A program made the translations under genes and the position numbers. From contig NW_024704742.1 of NCBI RefSeq assembly GCF_018977255.1, positions 138,696,001 to 138,760,000 of the forward strand: a DNA stretch of 64,000 nt. The letters run 5' to 3'. Below are positions 1-14,214 of the stretch, piece after piece. Source of the DNA: Callorhinchus milii (lineage: Eukaryota). The first letter of the stretch is position 1; every line of letters starts with the position of its first letter. Below the pieces are notes generated by a model. That model was not told where the DNA came from. It saw only the letters and a list, made by a program, of their open reading frames with translations, and did no database searches.

Positions 1-145
1 TCACTTAACCCCTCCCCCTTTACTAATTTTTATGATGCACTCCAGGATGTTATCTTATTTGAAGGATGCTTTATAAATGCAAGGGTGTGGAATTCATTAT
101 CACAAAAAACTATTGAGGTTGAAGTCAAAGGAAATTGGATATGTA

Positions 146-500
146 GTAATAATCCTTGCATTTGATATAGCGCCTTATCATGTCTCCAAGCGCTTCACAG
201 AATATATTGTAAAGTGAATTGACTATTTTGTGGTCGAAACACAGCAGCCAATCGCACACAACAGTGTCCCACTAACAGTCATTGATTGAGTTACCAAATT
301 ATTATTGTTTTTTTAAGCGATTATTATCCCCGGAAAAGTGATCTGCTAATTGACTAACAACTGGCTTCCTATTTACTGCTGGGTAAACAGAGGTGTGTGG
401 AGTAAGGAAACTTGCCTAAGGTTTCACCCTGCCTGGGAATTGAACCCAGGTCCTCTCGCTTGCAAGGTAAGTGCTCCAACCATTGAGCTACAAGACTCCA
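146..500 (-). mobile_element. tRNA(Ala-like)-derived SINE, long subfamily
   Basis: A/B-box head, conserved body, ..TATATCAAATGCAAGG(ATT)n tail; similar copies at ~2125-2490(-), 4720-5085(-), 27840-28120(-), 29855-30185(-), 31005-31365(+), 33508-33787(+), 49945-50300(+), 56202-56480(+). Confidence 0.85.
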
Positions 501-959
501 CTTGAACAATGTAAGTGAACAATAAAAAACACGAGAGAGTCTTAAAAGTGTCATCAATAATAAAGGGGAATTTAAGGTAATGGTGCAAAAGCATTATGGC
601 CTTCTGTGCTGAAATTTTCTTGACATCCTTCAACTAAATGACCAATTTCTTTGGAAATTTCTGGCCAGGACACGAGGAGCATCTCCTTTTTCTTTTCCAA
701 TTGTTTCAAAGAATCTTTATCTTAACATTCACCTGAAGAACAACAGGCATATGGGTCCTTTGTTTAACATTTCACCCAAAGGATTACGTTCCCCTCAGCA
801 CTAAGGGAATGAGAGTTGCTGAGGCACTTGAACCCACAAACTCCTGACCCAGAGTGGGGAGCAATACATTGGAATAGAGAGCAAGATGCTGAAGGTGCTG
901 AGATGGAGGGTCTCTATTCCAGCAAGAAAGATCAGAACTCACTCTATTACAAATACAGT

Positions 960-1340
960 ATTACAACACAATACATTTACACAGCGCCTTTCACTTCAGG
1001 AGGACATCCCAAGGTACTAGACAACCAGTAATTTGGACCCGAGCTGGGGGTTGGGATCAGCAGGGGTGGAGGTTAGGGAGGGTGGAGGTCAGGGCGGGTA
1101 GGGGCGCTCGAAGAGGAGGGTCTTGAGATGTGCCTTGAAGAAGGCAAGGGAGGGGGTGAGGCGAAAGGACTGTGGGATGGAGTTCCAGCGGGTGGGGGCA
1201 GAGAGTTGAAGGCCCGACTGCCGATGGTTGGGCGGGCAGGACGGGGAACGAGGAGCAGGATGGAGCCTGCTGAGCGAAGCGAACGGACAGCTCAATATGG
1301 AGTTTATCAGGTTACAGAGGTAGGAAGCAGCAAGACCGTG
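960..1340 (-). mobile_element. L2 LINE 3' fragment
   Basis: AP..WNSIPQS...FKAHLKTLLF C-terminus and (TTG)-type tail. Confidence 0.8.
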
Positions 1341-2514
1341 AGAGAGGCCGTATTAGAGAGATTGTGAAATACACTTGGAGCTCATATTCACTTTTGACTT
1401 TCACAATACATCTGTCATCTTTACTTGAAAAAAAATGAGAGGATAGGAAACCATACATCACACTACTCACACAACTCTTAAAACACTTTTTCAGCAAAGA
1501 GCTGCATAATTGCTTCTTGAATTTGTGGTTCAATCCCTCCTTCAGTCTTGACATAATGCTTGGGGCTAAATAAACCTCAGTTGTGTTCCTGCTATTGATT
1601 GTGATCATCTAAAAACTGGAAGACCGTTTCAGTCTATTGGTACCTTCTGAAGCAGAGCTGAAACACACCCCTCTAGAAAACAAATATTTTTTAAAAATTA
1701 TATTATTAAACAAATATCGAGTAGTAAATCTATGGAACAGGCTTCCTAGAGGTAATATAATTCTTATTTTTTTTAACAATATAATCATTCCTAAGGAGCC
1801 TGGTCTCCCAAATTGTTGTTGTTCAGTGCCTTGGTAATCCAATTTGCTCAAACTATTGTTTTAAATAAATTTGTCTGTTAACTTCTTTTGTTGATAACCC
1901 CATGTTTATGGTTAAGATAAAGATTTAAAATTTGCAGAAATCTATAAAACAGCCTTAAATTCACTCTTAATTTAGAAGCCGGCTTTCTAACTTTTTGGAG
2001 ATGAACAGAAAATTGGTTTCCTGAATAAGCAAGGCTGAATTTAAAACCGTTTCCCCAAATTCTACAATAACAACTTGCATTTATATATCGCCTTTCTGCA
2101 TCTCAGAGTGCTTACCATTTTCTAATAATAATAATCCTTGCAATTGATATAGAGTCTTTGAGACGTCTCAGAGTGCTTCACCGAATATACTGTGAACTGA
2201 ATTGACTGTATATATTGTGGGCGAAAAGCGGCAGCCAATTGCGCACAGCAGCATCCCACAAACAGTCGTGGATTGAGTGACCAAATTATTTATTTATTGT
2301 TTTGAAGGGATTATTACCCCCGAAAGCAATCCTCCAATCAACTAACAACAGGGTTCCTTTCTATTTACAGCTTATTCCGCAGGCCTGTGGAGTAAGGAAA
2401 CTTGCCTAACGTTTCGCTCTGCCCGGGAATCAAACCCAGGTCCTCTTGTTTGCGAGGTGTGTGCTCTAACCGATTTACAGAACTCCACTTAGAATGGAGC
2501 ATCCAATTCTAACC

Positions 2515-4190
2515 CTGAATACAACAACAACAAGATTACATTTGTATAGCGCCTTTCATGTCGGGAGGACGTCCCAAGGCGCTGGACAGTATACAGCCTT
2601 TCAGACCCGAGCTGGGGTTGGGGGGGGAAGGGAGGACAGGGGAAGGGGGGTGGCCGATGACATGGTCGAAGAGGAGGGTCTTGAGGTGGGGCTTGAAGGA
2701 GGCTAAGGGTGGGGGGAGGCAGAGTGACTGGGGGATAGAATTCCAGAGGTTGGGGGCAGGGTGGCTGAAGGCTCTCCTGCCAATAGTGGGGCGGATGGGT
2801 CGGGGGATGTGGCGCAGGCCAGAGCCGGCTGAGCGGATGGAGCGGGCAGGTTGGTAGGGGATTAGGAGGTCACTGAGGTAGGGTGGGGCGAGGCCATAGA
2901 GGCCTTTGTATGTGAGGACCAGGATCTTGAACTGGATCCTCTGAAGGATAGAGAGCCAGTGGAGTTGGGCGAGAGTGGGCGAGATGGGGTCACGGAGTTT
3001 GGTGCTGGAGAGGATACAGGCTGCAGAGTTCTGGATTATCTTCAGCCTGTGGAGGGAGGAGTTGGGAAGGCCGACACGCAGGGGGTTTGCATAGTCGAGC
3101 CTGGAGGTGATGAGGGAATGAACAAGAGTTTCAGCGGCCTGAGGGGTGAGGTAGTGGCGGATTCGGGCGATGTTATGGAAGTGAGGGAAGGCAGAGCGGG
3201 TCATGGCTTGAATGTGGGGAGAAAAGATAGTTGAGGGTCGAACAAGACACTTAGGTTCCTGACTGGCTGGTTGTTGTAGTGTGCAACCATGGAGGTTGAT
3301 GTTGCCAGAGCCTGAGGTGCTGAGGGCCAATCAGGAGGGCCTCAGTCTTGTTCACATTCAACTGTAGGAAATTTGCCCTTATCCAGGACTTGATGTCTGA
3401 CAGCAGTCTGTCAGGACCGGGGTGGGTCTGGAGTTGAGGGTGGGGGCAGACAGGCAGTCTGTCAGCGCAGCAGTGGTCCTGGAGTTGAGGGTGGGGGCAG
3501 ACAGGCAGTTTGTCAGCACAGCAGTGGTCCTGGAGTTGAGGGTGGGGGCAGAAAGATAGAGTTGGGTGTCATCCGCATACATGTGGAAGTTGACCCCATG
3601 TCTGCGGATGATGTCAAGGACAGAGCCCTGGGGGACGCCAGGTGTGGCAGTGCGGGGCCTGGAGGAGAAACCGTTAGAGGCAACGAAGTGGAGATGGTGA
3701 GAGAGATAGGAATCAAACCAGACAAGGGTAGGTCCGTGAAGATTAAGTAAAGAGGAGAGGCGGTGTATGAGGATGGAGTGGTCGACAGTGTCGAAGGCGG
3801 CAGAGAGGTCGAGGAGGACAAGGAGGCAGAGGGAGCCCGGATCACAGATGTTCAGAATGTCATTAGTGACTGTGACCAGGGCTGTTTCTGTGCTGTGGGC
3901 AGCGCGGAAGCCGGATTGGTGGGGTTCAAGGAGGGAATGGCGAGAGAGAAAGGAGCGGAGCTGGGACGCGACGACTCGTTCCAGGACTTGGAGAGGATTG
4001 GGAGGTTAGAGATGGGCCGACAGCTGGAGAGGGGGGATGGGTCCAGGGAAGTATTTTCAGGATGGGGGTGATGACGGCTGTTTTTAGGGCGGTGGGAACT
4101 GAACCGGTGGACAGGGAGAGGTTGATGACATCGGACAGGAGAGGGGCCAGAAGGTGGAGCTGGGAGACAAGGAGAGAGGTGGGGATGGGA
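2515..4190 (-). mobile_element. L2 LINE, 5'-truncated and decayed ORF2 (RT)
   Basis: YADDTQLYL, SRLDYAN, RIQFKIL, LKTLLF motifs; (TTG)n tail; three 51-bp in-frame repeats at ~3400-3555. Confidence 0.9.
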
Positions 4191-7100
4191 ATACAGCTAG
4201 CTAGTCAGCACATGTTGCCGTTTCATTTCTCTGACAAGTGGTGGGGTTGTGGGTTCAAGTAGAGTTCAGCCTAGAAATAACGTCATAACAGAGAATTTAT
4301 CCACATTTCAGGGATTATACTGACACGACCGTTCACTTCACAGACACTGAGTAATAAAGCTCAGGAGATCACTTGTACTGTATGTATAGATAAAGCCTGT
4401 AGCACCAATTAAAGCATTAAAACATACAGCACCAATATCACACCTTCATTGCACATTAGTGGCAGCTGGTTGCACTTAAATTCCCTGTTAGCACTCAACT
4501 GATACTTCCTGTGCTTTTGATTAACGCGATTCAATAGCTGGCAAAGGGAAGGGCTTCTGCGTCAATGAGAATCAATAAAAAGGTATTGCCTACCTCTCTA
4601 AAGCCACAGAAGGCCATTCAGTGCATGATTTTGTGTTGTATTATAGAAAATAGTAAATGCTTGCATTTGATATAGTGCTTTTAAGTCATAATAATGCTTA
4701 CTCTTGATATAGCGCCTTATCATAATAATAATCCTTGCATTTGATATAGCGCTTTTCATGTCTTCTAGACGTCTCAAAGCTCTTCACAATATGCTGTAAA
4801 GTGAATTGACTATATTTTATGGGCAAAACGCACCAGCCAATTGTGCACAGCAGTATTCCACAATTAGATGTGGATTGAGTGACCAAATTATTATTATTAA
4901 AACATTTTTTGAGGAATTATTGCCCCTAGAAAAGTGATCCGCCAATCCACTAACAACTGGGTTCCTACTTACTGCTAGGTAAACAGAGGCATGTGGAGTA
5001 AGGAAACATGCCTACCCTGTCCTGGAATCGAAGCCAGGGCCTCTTTGCTTGCAAGGCAAGTGTTCTAACCACTAAGCTACAGGGATCAATAAAGAGGTAA
5101 TGTCTCTCCCTATCTTAGGTGTACTCCACATGCCTAATAATAATCCCTCCAAAACAAAACAATAATAAATTGGTCATTTTCAATCTACGACTGTTTGTGG
5201 GACATTGCTGTGCCAATTGGCTGCCGCGTTCGCCCACAAATATACAGTCAATTCACTTTACAGTGTGTTCTGTGAAGCGCTTTGGGACCTCCTCCCGACG
5301 TGAAAAGCACTATATCAAATGCAAGGATTATTATTATTATTAAGGTCACAGAAGGCCATTCGCTCTTCCAAGAACAAAAAATAATAAATCCTTGCATATT
5401 TTTTACATTGGGAAAACATCTCAAAGAACTCAACAGGATTTATTGTAAAGTGTATTGACTGTATTTTGTAGGCGAAGCCTTCCATCCCAATTACAAATCC
5501 ATGCTCTTTCCTATTCCCTCTAATACCCTTCACACAAAGGGTAGTGAAAACCTGGACTCTCTCCCCCAAAAGACTGTGGATGCTGGATCCATTCACATTA
5601 TATAATATTATTTTCAAGCCTGAGGTAGATATATTTTTTATTAGGTAAGGGTATCAATGGATATGGGGTAAAGGCAGGTAATTGGAATTGAGGTACAGAT
5701 CAGTCATGATCTAATAGAATGGCGGAAAAAGCTTGAAGGGCTGGATGCTCTCCTCCTGTTTCTAAGTTCCTTTGTGTTCACCCAATTTAAAAAAAATGCT
5801 GCAATCAATTCTGTTCTAAGAACATAAGAATTTGCTAGACGAAGGAAGATCAAAGTCCATCAAGTTCACCTTCCACCATCCTGGCAGTCACTTGACATGT
5901 GTCCCAAACTATATACAGTATCCCAAGATATTATTTTTTAGCAGAAATCTATCTAATTTGTTCTTCAAACAAATTATATTTTCTGCTTCCACTGTCTCCC
6001 TAGGGAGTCTGCTCCATATGCTTACTACTCAAACTACGACGAGTAGTGACAACGAGCAAGTCATTTCACTCCTTGAGAAAGCTCTAGGAGAAGTTTATCT
6101 GAACCTCTCCTTTCACTTCCCTACTCATAATCGTCCCCACTTGTACTGTAATCCCTGAGCAGCGAAGAGAGTTTTCACAATTAAGCCAATCAAACCCTTT
6201 AATTATCTTAAACACCTCACTCATATCCGGCCTGCTCCACATCCCCCACACCACCTCCCCCCCACAATTCAGCCTCTCTATCCCCACCCTTTGGAACTCC
6301 ATCCCACAGGCCCTTTCCCTCGCCTCCTTCAAGGTAAGTCTCAAATCCCTCCTATTCGACCGCGCCTTCGGTCATCCTCCCACCCTTATCCTCCCTGTTC
6401 TCCACCCCTCCTGATTCCAACCCTCTGCTTGGGTCCAAATCTTGTCAAGCACCTTGGGACATCCTCTCGACGTGAAAGGAGCTATAAAAATTTAATTTGT
6501 TGTTTGTTTGTTGTTGTTAACATTATCTGCTCAAAAGGGGGGATTACTAACCTCTCCAGCCTCTATTTATAGATTTTTTAAACAAAATATAGAAGATTAC
6601 ACTTTCATTAAAAAATTCCCATGACAGGAAAGAATGTAACACTTTAATAACCTGTTCCTCTTGTGGGGGTGGGGGTTCCTTACGGCGCTGCCCTCAAGAC
6701 TTTGCTGCCCTTTAAAGGGCGCAATTACAATGTGGTCTTGTCTCCCGTCTTGCCGCTTCCCCTGTGTGGGAGGTGGAGGGGGGGGGGTGGTCACAGACAG
6801 GTTTATAAAAACATTTGTTGGATGCTCTTTAATTAGTGTGAACGTTCTGTGTTCACTATATACATGGATACGTGCATCCCATATACCCTTTAGGGCACTC
6901 TTGGTGACCATGGCTGATGCCACAGTGTTTACAACGATTACAGCCGAAAACATTGCGACACAAAACACACAATGTAATACAAAACAGCCCAGCCCCCTTT
7001 ATAGCAGCCTCCATTGAAGTGGGGACACTGAGGTGTTCCCGCCCAGAGGTTCTGTTGCCTGTATCTACAGAGAGAAGTTACACGGATGCCATCTCTGCCA

Positions 7101-7194
7101 GCCTTTATCTAAAGGGCGGCAAGACATTAATTCATTTTCTACTGCTCCCCACTTTATGGGGACATACAGATATTGGTTACATAGCAAGCTGTAC

Positions 7195-7950
7195 ATTCGG
7201 TGGCAGATGAAATTCAATGGGGAGAAATGTAAAGTACTTCACATAGGGATAAAAAATCCTGGAAGGGACTATTATTTGAATGTAAGGAAAATAATATGTA
7301 TGGAAAATGAAAAAGACCAGGAGGTCTTGATCGACAATAAACAGAAGCTCTCCCAACAAGAGCAGTACTAAAGCAAACCCAGATGTTGGGATGTATCAAA
7401 AGATCAATAGCTGAAATAGTGGGGTAATCCTGCCACTGGATAAATTGGTGAGATCATACTGTGTGCAGTTCTGGTCGCCGCAGTACAAAAAGGATATTGG
7501 AGAAATCAAGAAGATACAGAGGAGGGCAACCAAAATGATTGAGGGACTGGACTATGAGGAGCGACTTAGTAAGTTGGGCGTGTTCACGCTGGGAAAGAGC
7601 AGATTGAGAGGCGACATGATTGCTGTCTAAGATTCTAAAGGGGCCAAACAATCTGGATCATGACTGTCTGTTTCAACTTGTCCAGAATAGTAATACCAGA
7701 GGCCACGGCCTGCGATTGAAGGGGGGAATTCAGAACAAATCTATGCAAACACTATTTCAATGAGCGAATAGGGAACCTGTGGAACAGGCTCCCGAGGGAG
7801 ACGGCTGAAGCAGGACATGTTGATTCTTTCAAACAGATTAGATAGTTTTCTTTTAGGAAATAACATGATGGGAAATAGTCCGTAGGGAGTTCAGGACATA
7901 TGCGCATGCGACCACCATAAAGGTGGTCTTTTTTCATCTAACATTTCTTA
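7195..7950 (+). mobile_element. CR1 LINE 3' fragment
   Basis: [43 protein letters not shown] motifs. Confidence 0.88.
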
Positions 7951-8620
7951 CATTCTTATGTACAATGACATTACATACACACAATTATTGCATAAATTTA
8001 CATTTGTGGGGATGCTCTTACAGTACCCGGCAAGCGCCCCCTGATGCCTCCCTCCATGGACTGAGACTGTGCCGCATGGGGATGTGACACTGATGTGAGG
8101 GTGTCCAGCGATGAGGCCCCATCTGGCCACTGCCATGGCTGAACCGAGCTTCAGCGTGTCCCTCAAGAGCAGACCTTGGAGTGCACAAGGTTGTAGCAGA
8201 CTATCTCCAACATGTTGTCTCGCCAGGAAACCATCAGGTTTTGGGAGTCAAGTTATCATTAAAATTTGTCCAGAATCCTGCCCTTAACCACGCTTCCTGG
8301 GATTTTAATTACTTCCTGAGTAAAGAAACACTTTCTGGTAACTGCCCTGAATTTAGCCTTTGTAACTCTAAACCTGCGTCCTCATGTTCTGCCGTCTTTG
8401 GTCATATTTTGCCCATAGTCAATCCACTTTACAGTATATTCTGTGAAGCGCTTTGAGACGTCGCGAAGATGTGATAAGGCTCTATTTCAAATGCAAGGAT
8501 TATTATGATATTATTCTGAGTTTTCTCAATTACATTTAAAAATTTATATATCTCTATATGGTTCCCTCTCTGATTTTTCCTGTTTTTTGGTCAGCCTCCA
8601 GCAGTACCGCAACTCACACT

Positions 8621-9361
8621 TGTAGGATTTCTATATTTAATGTGTTATATAATATCTCAAATTATATTTGCCATGTTCATATATATTTGAGACATATGAT
8701 CAATCTCATATAGGAGGGTGCTGGTTGTGACTAGCTTGACGAAAATCCTTTCTCAAGGAAGAGAAACAAGACTGTTTATAAACAACAAACTATTTTCATT
8801 CCTTATCAGTCATTTTCTCATGGAAAATGGTCTGCAGCTGGAGAGAGCTATGCTGCATTTGTTTTTACAAAGGAACCATATTGCAAAAGACAATAGGTGA
8901 AAGGTCAACTAATCAATGATATAAACAGAGATTGATTTGAAAGAGAAACAGAAGGAAGAAATTGGGACTTGGAGTCTTGAACCATATTCTAGCTTCTAAA
9001 GAAGGAAGATCAAAACTACGATTTAAACAACTCTAAACGTACAATAATACCAGGATACTTTTGGGTGATATCAAACTGGAAACCGTACAACAATACAAAA
9101 AATACCTTTTGAGGACTTATATTTGGATTCAAATGGGACATTAAATTGTACATTGCTCTTCTATCTCTCCCGCAGCATTTGGTTTGGTCAACTTAAATCG
9201 TTGTAAACTGCAGTATACGTGATACATAAGCATAATTGAATGTATTCTTTTAATTACTTATAACCATTATTAATTTGAATTAATAAACATTGATTAATTG
9301 TACAACATTGGTGTCAGTCCTTACTTCACTGCAGGGTCACAAATTTAACTTAACCCTTACA
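8621..9361 (+). mobile_element. Solo LTR-like element with 4-bp TSD
   Basis: TGTAGG...CTTACA termini, CACT duplicated on both sides, AATAAA at ~9282; related copies within 16499-21246. Confidence 0.8.
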
Positions 9362-9774
9362 CACTCTTGGGTCCCCAAGCCTTGGCTCTTGCCAACCTGC
9401 ACCTAATACTCTCCGGAAAAGCAAGATACGTCTCTCCAGGGAGGGAGTGCACATTCCATTCCAACAATCTATATCTGGAATTTCCATGTGTAGGTGGGAT
9501 TTCAAGGAATTCTCAGTTTGGTTTGGAGACTCTTAAGCACAGTGATAGCTTTCCACGTCAGACACGTGGCTGACCAAAAAAATATTTAGTTAGCCGGATG
9601 TCTGAGATATGCAAGAACCCCATCACCATACATATGAGTGTGCAAACCAGACTGAGATTTCTATGCATCCCAGCTATACAGGGTATAGCTTGTGTCTCGA
9701 ATGAAATGCAGAGTCTCTTTAACCAGAAGAAGCGTCTATTTATCTAATCCCAGAGAGTATTGGGTGCACCTTAG

Positions 9775-10660
9775 CAACAACAACAAAATAATATTTGTAT
9801 AGTGCTTTTCACATAGGAAGGATGTCTCGAGGCGCAGGACAGAATTTCGGACCCGAGATAGGGATCGGGGTCGGGGAGGGTGGAGGGCAGGGTGAAGCAG
9901 GGTGATCGAAAGCAAAGTCGAAGGAGGGTCTTTAGATGGATCTTGAATGAGGCAAAGGAGGGGGCGAGGCAGAGGGACTGTGGGATAGAATTCCAGAGGG
10001 TGGGGCAGAGTGGCAGAATGCTCACACGCCAATAGTGGGGCGAGTGAGGCGGGGGACGTGAAGCATGCTGGAGCCTGCTGAGCGGAAGGAGCAAGCAGGA
10101 TGGTAGGGGGTTAGGAGGTCACAGAGGTAGGGGGGAGCAAGACCATGGAGGGCTTTGAAGATGAGGACCAGGATCTTGAACTATATCCTCTGTGCGATGG
10201 GAAACCAGTGGAGTCAGACGAGGAAGGGGGTGATAGTGTCATAGAGCCTAGTGCGGGAGAGGACACGGGCTGCAGTGTTCTGGATGATCTGCAGCCTATG
10301 GAGGGAGGAGCTAGGGAGGTCGACAAGCAAGGAGTTTGCATAGTCGAGCCTCAATGAAATGAAAGCATGCATGAGGGTTTCGGTGGCCTGCAGTGTGAGA
10401 CAGTTGTGGAGCCACGCGATATTGCAGAGGTGAGCGAAGACAGAGTGGGTCATGAGGTAGATGTGCTGTCAGCGCCTGAGGTGAGGAGGCACTGATGGGA
10501 GCCAATCAGGTGAGCCTCGGTCTTGTTGACATCCAACTGAAGAAATTTAGCTCTCATCCAGGACTTGATGTCCGACAGACATTCAGTCAGGACAGCAGTG
10601 GTCCTGGAGTCAAGGGTAGAGGCAGGGAGGTAAAGTTGCGTGTCATCTGCATACATGTGA
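9775..10660 (-). mobile_element. L2 LINE 3' fragment
   Basis: YADDTQLYL and RLDYANSLL motifs, (TTG)n tail. Confidence 0.88.
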
Positions 10661-11726
10661 GCTTTAGCTCTTGCTAAAGCTCCCCAAGTGTGCGTGTTAG
10701 GGTACTGCTGGGGTGTAATAAAAATAATCCTTGTATTTGCTATAGCGACTTAACACCTCTTCGAGATGTCTCAAAGTGCTTCATAGAATATATTGTAAAG
10801 TGAATTGACTGTCTACTTTGTGGGCGAAACATGGCAGCCAGTTGCGCACAGCAGTGTCCAACAAACAATTGTCGATTGAAGTGACCGATTCTTTTTTCAA
10901 CTAATTATTCCCTCCAAAAACAAAAAAAAACAATAATAAATTGGGCATTTTCAATCTACGACTGTTTGTGGGACATTGCTGTGCGCAATTGGCTGCCGCG
11001 TTCGCCCACAAATATACAGTCAATTCACTTTACAGTGTATTCTGTGAAGCGCTTTGGGACGTCCTCCCGACGTGAAAAGCGCTATATCAAATGCAAGGAT
11101 TATTATTATTATTATTATTACCCCCAGAAATCAATCCGCCAATCGACTAACAACTGGGTTGCTACGTACTGCTAGGTAAACAGTGGGGTGTGCGGTAAGG
11201 AAATTTGCTCAACATTGCGGGAATCGAACCCAGGTCTCTTGCTTGCGAGGCGAGTGCTCTAACCACTGAGCTAATATAGCATAATTTACAATATAATACT
11301 ATTTATATTTGTATACAGCCTTTCATGTCAGCAAGCAAAGTGTTTGATACTGCTGGTTTGCCACTGAAAGCACTGTCTGGCAAGTTTCACCCTGAATGTT
11401 AGATTAGGCTTTGACTTGCAGGATATACAGGAACTGAGTGGGAAGACAATCTGTCCCTCCAAGTCCTGTTTGGTTATCAGTGCCTGGGAATTCTGCGGAC
11501 CTACCAGTCTCAGAAACTGTACGAGAGACCATCACAGAGGGTGGGTTCAATTCCAACATTCCAGTGCTAAGATTTCACCTTGAAGCCAGTTCAGCCCTTG
11601 GTTACCTCCTCAGCACTAGTTGCTAATCCAAGTCCTCATGTAAGCAGCCTTGGCAAATAGAAATGCCTGTGTGAAGCTCCCTGAGCGTCCAGGGTGCTCA
11701 GCGACAGGTGAATGTAGGCAAGAGCC

Positions 11727-13333
11727 CTCCCTCCCTGAGACAGCTTCCCGTGTTGGCCACAGATAAAAATAATACTACTTTCATTTGACCTGATAGAGGT
11801 CTTTAAAATTATGAAAGGTTTTGATAGGGTAGACATAAGGGAAGATGTTTCCACTTGTGGGGGAGACCAAAACCAGGGGCCATCAATATAAAATAGTCAC
11901 AAATAGATCAAATAGGGAAGTTAGAAGAAATTTCTTCACACACAGAGTAGTGGGAATGTGGAACATGCTGCCACAAGGAGTTGTTGAGGCAAATAGCATA
12001 AATGTATTTAAGGGAAAGCTCGAGAAGTACATGAGGGAGAATGGGATAGAAGGTTCTGCTGATAGGCTTAGTTGAGGAAGGACAGGAGGAGGCTCATGTG
12101 GAACATAAACAGCGGCATAGACCAGTTGGGCCGAATGGCCTGTTTCTGTGCTGTATATTCTAATGTATTCTATGTATTCTAATGTATAATCATGTCTTTG
12201 AGACGTCTCAAAGCCCTTGACAGAATATACTGTAAATTGAGTTGACTGAATATGCTGTAACAGTATATTCTGTGAAGTGTTTTGAGACGTCCAATTGTGT
12301 CCCACAAACAATCATGGTTTGTGTGACCACATTATTATTATTATTATTTTTGAAGGGATTATTATCCCCAGAAAAGCGATCCACCAGTCGACTAAACAGG
12401 ATGAGTTCAAGTTATTGTTAATATTCACTCACAAAACACAGTCACTACACTTTACAGTATATCCTGTGAAGCGCTTTGAGACGTCTCGACCACGTGATAA
12501 GGCCCTGTGTCAAATACAACGATCATTGTCTCCCTCCCTGAGACAGCTTCCCGTGTTGGCCACAGATAAAAATAATACTACTTTCATTTGACCTGATAGA
12601 GGTCTTTAAAATTATGAAAGGTTTTGATAGGGTAGACATAAGGGAAGATGTTTCCACTTGTGGGGGAGACCAAAACCAGGGGCCATCAATATAAAATAGT
12701 CACAAATAGATCAAATAGGGAAGTTAGAAGAAATTTCTTCACACACAGAGTAGTGGGAATGTGGAACATGCTGCCACAAGGAGTTGTTGAGGCAAATAGC
12801 ATAAATGTATTTAAGGGAAAGCTCGAGAAGTACATGAGGGAGAATGGGATAGAAGGTTCTGCTGATAGGCTTAGTTGAGGAAGGACAGGAGGAGGCTCAT
12901 GTGGAACATAAACAGCGGCATAGACCAGTTGGGCCGAATGGCCTGTTTCTGTGCTGTATATTCTAATGTATTCTATGTATTCTAATGTATAATCATGTCT
13001 TTGAGACGTCTCAAAGCCCTTGACAGAATATACTGTAAATTGAGTTGACTGAATATGCTGTAACAGTATATTCTGTGAAGTGTTTTGAGACGTCCAATTG
13101 TGTCCCACAAACAATCATGGTTTGTGTGACCACATTATTATTATTATTATTTTTTGAAGGGATTATTATCCCCAGAAAAGCGATCCACCAGTCGACTAAA
13201 CAGGATGAGTTCAAGTTATTGTTAATATTCACTCACAAAACACAGTCACTACACTTTACAGTATATCCTGTGAAGCGCTTTGAGACGTCTCGACCACGTG
13301 ATAAGGCCCTGTGTCAAATACAACGATCATTGT
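11727..13333. repeat. Tandem duplication, 803/804-bp unit (11727-12529, 12530-13333) containing a CR1 3' end and SINE pieces
   Basis: Identical ORFs at an 803-bp offset; the only difference I noticed is one extra T in a T-run. Confidence 0.95.
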
Positions 13334-13379
13334 TGTATTATAAAGTTATTTCAACACATGTTTAATGAACCCACCTCAT

Positions 13380-14130
13380 TGCTTGTTGCTGGACTTGGCG
13401 TGGGCCGAAGGCAGCCTCTCCGCTGTGGCTGAGAGCCATGAAGGAGGATGGTCGGTGACATGAATCCCTGGGCAGCTCTTTGACGTTTGGTAGTGACGGG
13501 CGCCATTATACCAATGTGGGGTCTCACAGCCACAGCGCTAACGGCCAACGCCACCGCACGTGCAGCACAGACACCACGTGACCCTTTGAATCCGGCCGCC
13601 ACCATCATCTCATCGGCAGCCGCTCTCCTACCGAGTGACGGGGAGGGCGGGATAACGAATCCTTCTGTCCCAGCAATGATTCTCCAGAACACGAACCACA
13701 TTTTAAAAATATATCTGCGTGAAGGAATATTCTGTGTCGTTTTTACTTGGCGCAATATGGATTCCTCGATGTGTCTGCCTCCCCCACCAGTCCCGGGCTG
13801 TGGTACGCTCCGCCACTGCGCGAGCTGCAGTGGCTTTAGGCGGGAAGCCGGCGCCTGGTGGAGCATGCGCAGTGAGCGCGGGGCGTCCGCCAGCGGCGTC
13901 GTGAGAGGAACTGTGGAGAATATTTACTGAATGTTAAACTGCGAAGGTACTCACCAGAGGTTTACAGTCTGGGGAGTATTTACCGGAGGTGTTCAAGTCT
14001 GGGGAGTATTTACCGGAGGTGTTGTTGAGCTTTTAGGGAGTATTCACCTGAGCTGGAAAGATTATTTTCCCGCGGTGTAATTCGGGTGTAGGGAGAATTT
14101 ATTTGAGTTTAGTTAAGTTGAAAGACGGCT
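13380..14130. promoter_or_regulatory. CCDC152: CpG island / CCDC152 promoter; probable non-coding exon 1 ending at ~13946
   Basis: CpG-dense island in CpG-poor DNA; NRF1-like GCATGCGCA at ~13863; candidate donor GAAG|GTAC at 13946/7; first coding exon ~270 bp downstream. Confidence 0.7.
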
Positions 14131-14214
14131 TTCCTACGGTGGAGATATGTTTATAAGTTGAAAGCATATTAATAATTTCCAGAGTTTGTAAAATCTAGAA
14201 GCAAAACAAGAAAA

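Noticed and set aside
6597..7010. Minus-strand TATAAA (~7000), GCCATGG (~6910) and a 123-aa ORF
   Set aside because: No recognisable protein, weak donor and no downstream exons found; may be regulatory but is unsupported
8020..8240. Exon-like GC-balanced segment between AG and GT
   Set aside because: The best-looking frame contains stops and I recognise no homology
1..13300. GHR 3' exons expected from amniote synteny
   Set aside because: No GHR-like coding sequence found in the window
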